Source of the DNA: a virus
Lineage: Duplodnaviria > Heunggongvirae > Uroviricota > Caudoviricetes
Length of the DNA: 64,000 nt
Direction: 5' to 3' (one strand)
IMG/VR virus record: IMGVR_UViG_3300017649_000001
Span: 24,798 to 88,797 of that record
The first letter of the stretch is position 1; each line of letters begins with the position of its first letter. A model generated the notes under the pieces. That model saw only the letters and a program-made list of their open reading frames with translations, was not told where the DNA came from and did no database searches. This document shows, one piece after another, positions 1 to 8,908 of this stretch. Made by a program: the position numbers and the translations under genes.

Positions 1-41
1 CGCATGACCGTTGCAGAAGCTGCGTAATCTGCGAGGATACT

Positions 42-1151
42 ATGCTTTCACCCGAAGATATTATGAAGTCGCTGGCAGGAGTTGTCGGTGCGAACGATGA
101 AGAGGCGACTGTCACCGCCTATCTCGATAGCGGCTTTCCGCCGCTGAATAATGCGTCGAGCGCTAATTGGGACGGCTGTTTCCCGTTGGGTCGCGTCATC
201 GAGATTGCCGGACCGCCCTCGTCCGGCAAGACTGCAATCGCGACCGCTGCCATGGCCGCAGCCCAGAAGATGGGCGGTATTGCAGGCTTTATGGATCACG
301 AACGCTCGTTTTCGTTGAAGCTTGCGCCGCGCCTCGGACTCGACACAACTCCCGGCCCGCTCATTTACAAGAAGCCGGAAACTTTCGAGGAAGCAGTTGC
401 GATCTTTCTTACGGCCGTCGCGCATATTCGCGAGAAGAAGCTGATCGCGAAAGATGCGCCTATCTGTTGGGTGTTCGACAGTCTTGCGGCGATGACACCG
501 CAGTCGATCCTCTATGACAGCAAGGGTAAGCGGCGAGCTGCGGGCGACCGCAATATGAATGACAACACGGCATTGTCTCGTGCCACTTCCGCATACTTCC
601 CGGCGATCGCTCAGGCAGCGGAAGAACATAATGTCTGCGTGATCTTTCTCAATCAGATCCGTACCAAGATCGGCGTTATGTTCGGAGATCCGCGCAAGAC
701 GACGGGCGGTGATAGCCCTGCTTATTACTTCAGCCAGCGGCTTTGGCTTTCTGCATCGCAGATCAAGCTCGGAACTGACGTGATCGGATCCGAAGTCACC
801 GGTACGTTTATGAAGAACAAGGTCTCGCGACCATTTGCGAAAGCGTCTTGGCGCTTCATGTTCCGCGAGGACGGCACAGGCTACTTCGACCGCGAACGCA
901 GTCTGATCGAATTTCTCAATGATCAGGGTCTAATTGCAACCATCGATCCCGCAACGGGAAAAGAGGTTAAGAAGGGCTACGTCTATTGGGAAGGCAAGCA
1001 AGTGACCCGCGACAATCTCGCTCGCCAGATCGAGGCGGAAGGTCCAACCGGCTTTGCGAAGCTAAAGGCGCTTCTTCCACCGAAGTTTGAAGCGCCGATT
1101 GTCGCTTCAGTCGAGCTTGATCAGGAGCTTGAGGGCGTTGAGCAGGAATAA
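42..1151 (+). CDS. RecA/UvsX-like recombinase
   Basis: Walker A 'GPPSSGKT'; RecA-like core length (369 aa); sits with Mre11/Rad50 genes. Confidence 0.8.
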   Translation: MLSPEDIMKSLAGVVGANDEEATVTAYLDSGFPPLNNASSANWDGCFPLGRVIEIAGPPSSGKTAIATAAMAAAQKMGGIAGFMDHERSFSLKLAPRLGLDTTPGPLIYKKPETFEEAVAIFLTAVAHIREKKLIAKDAPICWVFDSLAAMTPQSILYDSKGKRRAAGDRNMNDNTALSRATSAYFPAIAQAAEEHNVCVIFLNQIRTKIGVMFGDPRKTTGGDSPAYYFSQRLWLSASQIKLGTDVIGSEVTGTFMKNKVSRPFAKASWRFMFREDGTGYFDRERSLIEFLNDQGLIATIDPATGKEVKKGYVYWEGKQVTRDNLARQIEAEGPTGFAKLKALLPPKFEAPIVASVELDQELEGVEQE

Positions 1152-1218
1152 CGCTTGATTAACCCATTTTGCCTATGTAGTTATTTAGTCAAATCACTAC
1201 GTAACTATTTGAGGCAGA

Positions 1219-1722
1219 ATGAAGGTATTTTCCGTCTGGCAGCCCTTCGCCACTTTGTTGGTGAAGGGCTTCAAGGTCTATGAAACAAGAGGCTGGCCTG
1301 CACCGAAATCAGTTATCGGTCAGCGCGTCGGAATAGCAGCAACCAAGGTGATCCGCCCCGAGCAGGTTAATGCCTACGAGGATCCGGTGTTTCAGACGTT
1401 TTATCAGCAGACAGGATTGCCGCCACTGAAGGAGCTGAAACACGGCTACCTTCTCGGCACAGCAATTCTGGAAAGCGTCGAAGTCGTCACCGAGGAATTT
1501 GTCGCTGAAATCTCTCCAGAAGAATACGCATATGGCTGGTATCACCAGGGCGGTTATGCGTGGTCAATGAGAGATCCAGTCGAGCTTGCTAATCCGATAC
1601 CGATCCGCGGTCAGCAAGGTATCTACGAGTGGAGCGGCGATCTTGGCGATCAAAACCAAAAACGCGAAGAGAATTCTGCGCAAAGGCCGCAGGATATTAG
1701 GCGGCTACTTCGAGTTGTCTAG
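1219..1722 (+). CDS. ASCH/PUA-like domain protein
   Basis: N-terminus 'KVFSVWQPFATLLVKGFKVYETRGW' resembles an ASCH beta-barrel; the 3' end overlaps the next ORF by 137 nt in the +1 frame. Confidence 0.45.
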   Translation: MKVFSVWQPFATLLVKGFKVYETRGWPAPKSVIGQRVGIAATKVIRPEQVNAYEDPVFQTFYQQTGLPPLKELKHGYLLGTAILESVEVVTEEFVAEISPEEYAYGWYHQGGYAWSMRDPVELANPIPIRGQQGIYEWSGDLGDQNQKREENSAQRPQDIRRLLRVV

Positions 1723-2044
1723 CGGCGAGCAGATTTTTCTCGCCTTCAAAAAGCAATCGGAAATGTTCAAGTCGGACGAGTTCACACTCTCCGGCGCTTT
1801 GATTCAAGATAAAGCAGGGTGGGCAATTGATGACGAAACCCTCCTCACCCTGCGCATCGAGAAAATCGAGATCGTCGGTATCGTCGTCAAGGAAACCCGC
1901 GATATCTATCTGACCAGGCTCGAAAACTTCACCGATCACGACAAAGCCGTCTACGGCAACTATTCCGGACGTGGCGGCGGTGTGATGCGTTTCCTCCCAT
2001 CGACCTACTTTTCAAAAAATGCCGGTGTCATTCGCGTAAAATAG
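1586..2044 (+). CDS. hypothetical protein (start uncertain; may be fused to the upstream ASCH ORF by a frameshift)
   Basis: Protein-like ORF whose 5' end overlaps the upstream ORF; no RBS of its own. Confidence 0.3.
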   Translation: MLIRYRSAVSKVSTSGAAILAIKTKNAKRILRKGRRILGGYFELSSGEQIFLAFKKQSEMFKSDEFTLSGALIQDKAGWAIDDETLLTLRIEKIEIVGIVVKETRDIYLTRLENFTDHDKAVYGNYSGRGGGVMRFLPSTYFSKNAGVIRVK

Positions 2045-2165
2045 CCATGCGAAACCCGTGCGTATTGTCGTTATAAGATAAATTGCAATTGACGTATCAC
2101 TAACTAATTGATTAGTGATTACCTGAAACGAGCTTAGCTCGCACACGCTGATGCAAGAGGCACAT

Positions 2166-3287
2166 ATGAAATTCGCGGTAGTATCTGATCTTCATTGTCA
2201 TTTGTGGTCGCTGTTTAGCACCACGACACGAAGCGGAATCAATTCACGGCTTCAGGAAATTCTGAACCAGGTTGAGAAGGCGGCTGATCACGTCAAGCTG
2301 GAAGGCGGCAACACGCTCGTAGTCGCCGGTGATATCTTTCACACTCGCGGCACCATCGATCCGGAAGTGCTCAATCCAGTGCGCGACTGCTTTCAGCGTA
2401 TCGTCAATAATGGCGTTAACGTCCTGATCGTTCCCGGAAATCATGATCTCAAGACCAAGAATACGACGGCTCTGTCCAGCTCGGTCGAGAACCTTCAGAA
2501 TATCGAATATATGGACTTTGACGGAACAAGTACCGTCAAGGTGTTCAACGAACCCACAATCCATGAGACAGATTGCATTCCGGCGGTAAAATTCGCTTTT
2601 GTGCCATGGTGCGAGAATACCGGCGAGCTAATCGCCCATATCGACGCGCTGACCGTGAAGCTAGGCAAAGACATTGGTGACACGTATCTATTCATCCACG
2701 CAGGCATTGATGGTGTCATTCCTGGCCTTCCCGCGCATGGGCTGTCCGACGCTCTGCTCGCTGGCTATGGTTTCAAAGCAGTATTCGCCGGCCACTATCA
2801 CAATCATAAGATGATGCCGGGCAATATTGTCTCGATTGGCTCGCCGACGCACCAAACCTGGGGTGATGTTGGCACACGTGCGGGCTATCTGATCGTGGAT
2901 TCTGAAACAGGCGTGATCGTGTTTAACGATACGTCCGCGCCCAAGTTCGTCGACGTGTCCGGCATGAGCGAAGAAGATGCCGAAATGGAAGCTGGCGGCA
3001 ATTATGTGCGCTTCCGTGGCCCTCACATGACGCAGACCGAAATCGACACGATGCGAAAGCAGTTCTACGCGTGGGGCGCACGCGGTGTTTCGATTCAGGT
3101 GCCGACTAGCGCACCGACAGCCCGCTCATCCGTGACGACACCCGGCAAGATCGTCACACTGGATGAATCCGTCAGCAATTTCATCGCGGCGAAATCGATG
3201 CCAGCGTCGATTGATGTAACCGAAGTGCAGAAACGTGCAGCCGATGTTCTCAATTCGGTTCGAACGGTGACTGAAGAAGCCGCGTAA
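2166..3287 (+). CDS. sbcD: Mre11/SbcD-family DNA repair nuclease (calcineurin-like phosphoesterase)
   Basis: Motifs 'VVSDLHCH', 'GDIFH', 'GNHD'; RBS aagagg before the ATG at 2166; directly upstream of the Rad50/SbcC gene. Confidence 0.8.
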   Translation: MKFAVVSDLHCHLWSLFSTTTRSGINSRLQEILNQVEKAADHVKLEGGNTLVVAGDIFHTRGTIDPEVLNPVRDCFQRIVNNGVNVLIVPGNHDLKTKNTTALSSSVENLQNIEYMDFDGTSTVKVFNEPTIHETDCIPAVKFAFVPWCENTGELIAHIDALTVKLGKDIGDTYLFIHAGIDGVIPGLPAHGLSDALLAGYGFKAVFAGHYHNHKMMPGNIVSIGSPTHQTWGDVGTRAGYLIVDSETGVIVFNDTSAPKFVDVSGMSEEDAEMEAGGNYVRFRGPHMTQTEIDTMRKQFYAWGARGVSIQVPTSAPTARSSVTTPGKIVTLDESVSNFIAAKSMPASIDVTEVQKRAADVLNSVRTVTEEAA

Positions 3288-3341
3288 ATCCCAAGCTGAT
3301 CTACGCTATACTGATAATTATCTGAAGATACGAGGCACAAA

Positions 3342-3707
3342 ATGCAGCTCTATACCGTTCGTTTCACGACAAAGCACGTTGTCACCAAGTATGACAACAG
3401 AGGCAAACCGGTTTCGTCTTACACGGATCATATTCAACAGACGATCCATGCTTTACCGCTAACGACCGCCATGCAGTACAAGGACTGCGACAACTTCACC
3501 TACGAGCCATATATCGCCGAGAGCAAGAGTTCCGGAAAGAAGTTCGATGGCACTCGTCAATACGGAACTTACGAACATGGCGTCGCGTCGAAACGTTCGC
3601 AAAAATCTCATTCGGCTTCTTCCGGCGCTGTTTCGGCGAAGCGTAAGGTTGATAGCGCGAAGGAAGCCGCTCGTCGTGGCGATCTGTCCGCTGCTGTGTC
3701 CGCGTAA
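3342..3707 (+). CDS. hypothetical protein
   Basis: ORF in the + strand gene array; basic Ser/Ala-rich C-terminus. Confidence 0.4.
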   Translation: MQLYTVRFTTKHVVTKYDNRGKPVSSYTDHIQQTIHALPLTTAMQYKDCDNFTYEPYIAESKSSGKKFDGTRQYGTYEHGVASKRSQKSHSASSGAVSAKRKVDSAKEAARRGDLSAAVSA

Positions 3708-3725
3708 ATAACTAAAGGGTTAGTT

Positions 3726-3956
3726 ATGAATACTCAAACCAAGGAAGCGATGCGCGATCTTATCGGTCGCGCAGCGAAAATCTGGATCATGATCGACGGC
3801 GGTTATCTGCCCAACATGCGAAACAAGATTCCGACTGTTCGGATTTCGCAGCGCGAGGCTCTGCGCCTGATCGAACGTTGTGAGGACGATAAAGTGCCGA
3901 GCGGTCGGCTCAATGCGAATGGTCAGCTTCTGCTGCGGCCAGCGGGAGTGAACTGA
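3726..3956 (+). CDS. hypothetical protein
   Basis: ORF preceded by the palindrome ataactaaagggttagttat; stop overlaps the next start (TGATG). Confidence 0.4.
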   Translation: MNTQTKEAMRDLIGRAAKIWIMIDGGYLPNMRNKIPTVRISQREALRLIERCEDDKVPSGRLNANGQLLLRPAGVN

Positions 3957-5890
3957 TGAAATTCACCGAACTTAAAATTCAGAACTTCCTCGCAATCACG
4001 GAGGCTGAGGTTAATCTCGCCGATCGCGGTCTTGTTCTGATTCAGGGCGTCAATGAAGATGACACCTCGACTAGCTCGAACGGCGCTGGCAAATCCTCGG
4101 TCGCAGATGCGCTGTGCTGGTGCTGGTACGGAACGACCGCTCGAGACGTTTCTGGCGACGATGTTGTCAACGAGACGGCTGGTAAGGACTGTTTTGTGCA
4201 ATCGGTTTTGATCGATGGCACCAATGCCTACACGGCAACGCGTCACCGCAAACATAAATCAGGCAAGAACACTTTCACGCTTACGGTCAATGACGGCTTT
4301 AAGACTACCGATCTGACCAAGGGCACCGACAAGCTCACGCAAGAGGTCGCGCTCAAGATCATCGGCAGTTCGCATGAGGTGTTTGTTGGCTCGATCTACG
4401 CCGGTCAGGAAAAGATGCCCGACCTCCCCTCGCTCACCGACAAGCAACTCAAGCTGATCGTCGAGGAGGCTTCTGGCGTTACGATCCTCGAAGAAGCATA
4501 TCGTGAAGCGCGCAATCGTCAGGCTCTTGCGACCGCAACGCTCCAAATGGACGAGCAGCAGCTTTTGACGCTCAACAGCCAGTTGACGATATTCGAGAGC
4601 CAGGTGGCGCGTATAAAGACGCTTCAGCTTGAATGGACGGACAATCAGGCGAAGAAGATCGCTGACCAACAGGCACAAATCGTCAAGGATGATACTGAAA
4701 TAGCAGCGCTCGACGGCATTATCGCCGGATTCGACGCGGCTGATCTTATCAACAAGATGAAGGAATGCGACGACCAGCTTGCGTCGCACACCACCAAGAC
4801 AGGCAAACTGAACTCACTCACCAGTCTGGTCACGACCGTCGAGTACGATATCAAGGCGCTTGGCGATCGAGCCAAGACCAAACTCGCCGAGCACAAGGCG
4901 AACCAGGAGCATCTTGCCAACGTCAAGCATCAGGTGGGTTGTCCGTGCTCAGCCTGCGGTCGTCCTATCACCGAGAATGAGATCGACGCGGCATCCAAGG
5001 CAGCGGAAATCAAGGTGAATGAGACCGCGGCTGACCTTGAGAAAATCAAACACGAGAACGAGGACTATAAGGTCAGACTTGCCGCGGCTCGTAAAGATCG
5101 CGACGACTTCGCCGCGACGGTAGAAAACTTCGATGACGTGATCGCTCGCAAGGATGAACTTTTGCGGCGACAGTCCGATCTCAATCAAGCGATTTTTGGG
5201 AAGAAAGCGCTCGTTGATCGGCGCAATGCTGACAAAGCGGCTCTCGATGCGATGATCGCAGAGGTCAATCCTCATCTGGCATCGGCGGCTCCCATCGAGG
5301 CGCAGATTGCGAGCACCAAGGCTGCAATCGAAACGCAGGAAAGACGTGTAAGCGCGCTTCAGGCGAGCTTGGAGATCGATGCGCAGGTTGTGTCGATATA
5401 TTCGCCTGCCGGTGTCAGAGCGCACGTTATGGACGAGATAACACCGTTCCTGAATGCGCAGACTGCCAAGTATCTGTCAGTCCTATCCGACGGCAACATG
5501 ATCGCCACCTGGACGACGCTCACCAAGAACTCTCGCGGTGAAATGAAGGAGAAATTCTCCATCGAAGTCACCAATGCGACAGGCGCCAAGATCTACAAGG
5601 GTCTGTCCGGAGGTGAGAAGCGAAAGGTACGCCTTGCCACCACGCTCGCGCTGCAGGATCTCGTATCCACTCGCGCCAATAAGCCGATCGAACTCTTCAT
5701 CGGTGATGAAATTGACGATGCGCTCGACGCGGCAGGTATCGAACGTCTCATGATCCTGCTCGAAGAAAAAGCGACCGAGCGCGGTAGCGTGTTCGTTATC
5801 TCGCACAATGAGCTGAAGGACTTCGTTCGCCAGTCTCTGATTGTCACCAAGAAGGATGGCAAGTCCACGATTTCAGAGATTGTAAGTTAA
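3956..5890 (+). CDS. sbcC: Rad50/SbcC-family ATPase
   Basis: Walker A 'SSNGAGKSS', long coiled coil, CxxC zinc hook 'CPCSACGRP', ABC signature 'LSGGEKRKV', Walker B 'LFIGDEID'. Confidence 0.85.
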   Translation: MKFTELKIQNFLAITEAEVNLADRGLVLIQGVNEDDTSTSSNGAGKSSVADALCWCWYGTTARDVSGDDVVNETAGKDCFVQSVLIDGTNAYTATRHRKHKSGKNTFTLTVNDGFKTTDLTKGTDKLTQEVALKIIGSSHEVFVGSIYAGQEKMPDLPSLTDKQLKLIVEEASGVTILEEAYREARNRQALATATLQMDEQQLLTLNSQLTIFESQVARIKTLQLEWTDNQAKKIADQQAQIVKDDTEIAALDGIIAGFDAADLINKMKECDDQLASHTTKTGKLNSLTSLVTTVEYDIKALGDRAKTKLAEHKANQEHLANVKHQVGCPCSACGRPITENEIDAASKAAEIKVNETAADLEKIKHENEDYKVRLAAARKDRDDFAATVENFDDVIARKDELLRRQSDLNQAIFGKKALVDRRNADKAALDAMIAEVNPHLASAAPIEAQIASTKAAIETQERRVSALQASLEIDAQVVSIYSPAGVRAHVMDEITPFLNAQTAKYLSVLSDGNMIATWTTLTKNSRGEMKEKFSIEVTNATGAKIYKGLSGGEKRKVRLATTLALQDLVSTRANKPIELFIGDEIDDALDAAGIERLMILLEEKATERGSVFVISHNELKDFVRQSLIVTKKDGKSTISEIVS

Positions 5891-6747
5891 TGGAGGAAGA
5901 AGAGTACAAATCCGAGAACATCAAGTTACCGGTCGATGATCTGACGCCAAAGAAGAGCGCATTTGAAGAGGAAATGCGTAAAAAACGACAAGAGTTGGAA
6001 AAGTTAAAGATCATAGAGGCTTTGCGAGAGGCAGTTATTGACCCTGCTAAGAGTAAATCGCCCGATGACTTTCTTGAAACAATTCGTACTAACCCGAAGC
6101 TTGCAAAACTACTCGGTTATCACCACGGCGGTGTAGTTGGCGGCCCCGCGTCAGCGCCAACGGGCTTCGGGGTGACAGTTAAACGACCTCAATCTTCAAT
6201 GAGTGATCAAATGGACAACAGTCTTACAAATGAGCATCTGTTAACAAACAAAAAGCCAGGTATCGACTGGCGCGAGTATCCGGTTCTAAACATCAAGGAT
6301 CCGGACGCAAATGAGGAGATTTTCAAGGAGATCGTCGAGAAGGTATCTGACGAGATTTTCCTCTCTGAAATACGAGCTAACGTCACGGTTCTCAAGACCG
6401 ACAAGCAGTACCGCTCGCGTGTTTTGGAAGCTGGCTGTGAGTTTTTTCTCGATCATATCTACATCACCCCTAAGACCGAAACTCTGGCCTTTGTCTTCAT
6501 GGCGTGTGACCGAACGGATATCGATTACGAATTTGTCGAACTCACCATGTCGTCGGCAGATGCGATCTTCCCGATGGTCGGTCCCGCTCTGGCAAAGGCA
6601 TGGGAGATTGAGGATTGCGAACTTCTAAGCCAGGTATTTGCTGCAATCTGCGACAAGATTAAAACCATCAAGCAGACCGAGCGTGAAGCTGCGCTGCTCG
6701 CCATTCAGGAGCAATATAGCAACGATCCGACATTCGGCGCCTTCTGA
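5890..6747 (+). CDS. hypothetical protein with C-terminal '...NDPTFGAF' tail
   Basis: ORF; conserved C-terminal tail shared with 6762..7178 and 38690..38986. Confidence 0.5.
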   Translation: MEEEEYKSENIKLPVDDLTPKKSAFEEEMRKKRQELEKLKIIEALREAVIDPAKSKSPDDFLETIRTNPKLAKLLGYHHGGVVGGPASAPTGFGVTVKRPQSSMSDQMDNSLTNEHLLTNKKPGIDWREYPVLNIKDPDANEEIFKEIVEKVSDEIFLSEIRANVTVLKTDKQYRSRVLEAGCEFFLDHIYITPKTETLAFVFMACDRTDIDYEFVELTMSSADAIFPMVGPALAKAWEIEDCELLSQVFAAICDKIKTIKQTEREAALLAIQEQYSNDPTFGAF

Positions 6748-6761
6748 TCGGAGGCGTTGCA

Positions 6762-7178
6762 ATGACAATGAACATTGACGAACTGTTCAATCTGGATCCC
6801 GTGCTTGCTGATCTTCTTGTCAGGGAAGCGTACACGGTCGAAAAGAAGAAGATTCTCGGCTTGTTGTTAGCGCCTCGAGGTCTTCCTCTCCTCGCTTATA
6901 TTCGCGACGGGTACAAGTCGGTTGGCAGATTTGATTTCAACTGGCTGACGCTCTCCCGGAGACGAAACAATCTTGGTGTGCCGCTTTACGAGTTGTTGCG
7001 CGTTCGAGATTTTCGTTGGGGCTTCGATTTCCCTGAACACGTTCAAATCCGGCTCCCAGAAACCCCTTTCAAAGCTCTCTATACAGAAAGCGATATCGAT
7101 ACCGCGTTGAAGATGGTTGAGGACTTCAACGCGGCAACGGAAAAATACCTCAACGATCCCGCTTATGGAGCCTTTTAA
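6762..7178 (+). CDS. hypothetical protein with C-terminal '...NDPAYGAF' tail
   Basis: ORF; paralogous tail to the upstream gene. Confidence 0.5.
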   Translation: MTMNIDELFNLDPVLADLLVREAYTVEKKKILGLLLAPRGLPLLAYIRDGYKSVGRFDFNWLTLSRRRNNLGVPLYELLRVRDFRWGFDFPEHVQIRLPETPFKALYTESDIDTALKMVEDFNAATEKYLNDPAYGAF

Positions 7179-7759
7179 TGGCAAAGATATTAATCGCAGG
7201 ACTTGATGGATCTCTGCGCAACTTCGGCGTTGCCCTGATGTGGCTCGACACCGAGACGCTCGAACTTTCGATACACGATCTTGTTCTGATCAAGACCGCG
7301 AAGTCGAAGGATAAGAAGGTGCGCTCGTCGTCGGACAATCTGTCTCGCGCTCTGGAACTGAAGAACGGAGTTCACGCTGCTCTGCGCGGTGTAACGACCG
7401 CCTTTTATGAGGTGCCATCCGGCGGACAGGATTACAACGCCGTTCTTGGCTTCGGCATCGTTATCGGCACCTATGCGGGACTTCCCGTCCCCGGCGCAGA
7501 GGTCTCTCCTTTCGAGACAAAGCTGAACGCTGTCGGTACGCGAACCGCCTCGAAGGATGAAATGATCGAGTGGGCGTTCAACAAATATCCTATGGCTCCA
7601 TGGCGCACTCGCAAGCTCAAGGGTGAAATCGTCCCGACGAAGGACAACGAGCACCTTGCGGACGCCGTAGCCATCGTGGAAGCTGGCATCAAAACGCCCT
7701 CTTTCCAGCAGACGCTCGCCATCCTGCGATCACAACATCTTGTGGCTCAGGCAGCCTAA
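7178..7759 (+). CDS. RuvC-like Holliday junction resolvase (RNase H fold)
   Basis: 'ILIAGLDGSLRNFGVA' matches RuvC 'ILGIDPGSRVTGYGV'; C-terminal 'LADAVAIVEAG' matches RuvC 'ADALAIAITH'. Confidence 0.6.
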   Translation: MAKILIAGLDGSLRNFGVALMWLDTETLELSIHDLVLIKTAKSKDKKVRSSSDNLSRALELKNGVHAALRGVTTAFYEVPSGGQDYNAVLGFGIVIGTYAGLPVPGAEVSPFETKLNAVGTRTASKDEMIEWAFNKYPMAPWRTRKLKGEIVPTKDNEHLADAVAIVEAGIKTPSFQQTLAILRSQHLVAQAA

Positions 7760-7860
7760 AAACTATTTTATTGTCAAGTCTAGTAACTAAACAATTAGTT
7801 AGTTATCTTGATAGACCGATGCCCGTTCAGGGCTAACTCCTAACATCGCGAGTGCATTCT

Positions 7861-8889
7861 ATGCTTTTTGAACCACAAACGGATCGCTATCCGGATCAGT
7901 ACCCTTGGGCGCTGGATTACGTGAAAGCTCTCCGCGACGGATTTTGGACCGTCGATAAATTCTCGTTCGAAGCCGATATTCTCGACTATTCCACAAAGCT
8001 TTCGCCAGAAACGAAAAAGCTTCTGATCCGCGCCCTCGCCTGCATTGCGCAGATCGAAGTGGACGTGAAGACCTTCTGGTTAAAGCTTGGCTTCACCTTC
8101 AATCATCCGTCGCTCTGGTCAATGGGTATCACCTTCGCTCACGTCGAAGATATTCACGATAAGGCTTATGCGCGCCTCACCGAAGTTCTCGGCCAGCTCG
8201 AAATCTTCAAGGAGATCATGCAGACGGACGTGATCAAAAACCGCGTGAAGTACCTCAAAAAGTACAACACCCGCGTTTATGAAGACGACAAGAAGCAGGC
8301 GATCTATTCGTTGATCCTGTTTTCGCTCTTCATGGAAAACGTCTCGCTGTTCAGCCAGTTCTATATCGTTCTGTTCCTCAATCGCGAGGACGGCGTGATG
8401 AAAGACACGGCGCAGCAGGTTAAATATACCCGCAATGAGGAGCTTCTACACGCTCAGGGTGGCATCAAGCTCGTAAACACGCTGCGCGCTGAATATCCGC
8501 ATTTGTTCGACGCCGAGCTGGAAGCTCGCATCTATGAAGAATGCCGCGTGGCGCAGGAAGCGGAGCACAATCTGATCGAATGGATCATGGAAGGCTACGA
8601 CCGGCCGGGACTTAACGTGCCGTTGATGAAGAATTTCATCGATGATCGCCTCAATTCGAGCCTTCAGGCAATTGGTTTCAATCCGATCTTCGCGATTAGC
8701 ACCAATATGATCGAAGAAACCGCCTGGATGGAGCGTGGCGCCTACACGCCGGTCAAGTTCGACTTCTTCCACGGCGAGAACACCGAATACGTCATGGAAG
8801 ATATGGCTCGCGAGGACGACTTCGACCTCACCTTTGCGGCGGCAGTGAAGCCAGTTCGCAAGTCGGCGCATCTTTTGGCCGGCAACTGA
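7861..8889 (+). CDS. nrdB: ribonucleotide reductase small (beta) subunit, class I
   Basis: R2-like ferritin-type helices; positioned upstream of the large subunit; the ORF track starts at GTG 7852 and the first ATG is 7861. Confidence 0.75.
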   Translation: MLFEPQTDRYPDQYPWALDYVKALRDGFWTVDKFSFEADILDYSTKLSPETKKLLIRALACIAQIEVDVKTFWLKLGFTFNHPSLWSMGITFAHVEDIHDKAYARLTEVLGQLEIFKEIMQTDVIKNRVKYLKKYNTRVYEDDKKQAIYSLILFSLFMENVSLFSQFYIVLFLNREDGVMKDTAQQVKYTRNEELLHAQGGIKLVNTLRAEYPHLFDAELEARIYEECRVAQEAEHNLIEWIMEGYDRPGLNVPLMKNFIDDRLNSSLQAIGFNPIFAISTNMIEETAWMERGAYTPVKFDFFHGENTEYVMEDMAREDDFDLTFAAAVKPVRKSAHLLAGN

Positions 8890-8908
8890 TATAACGAACG
8901 AGATAGTT

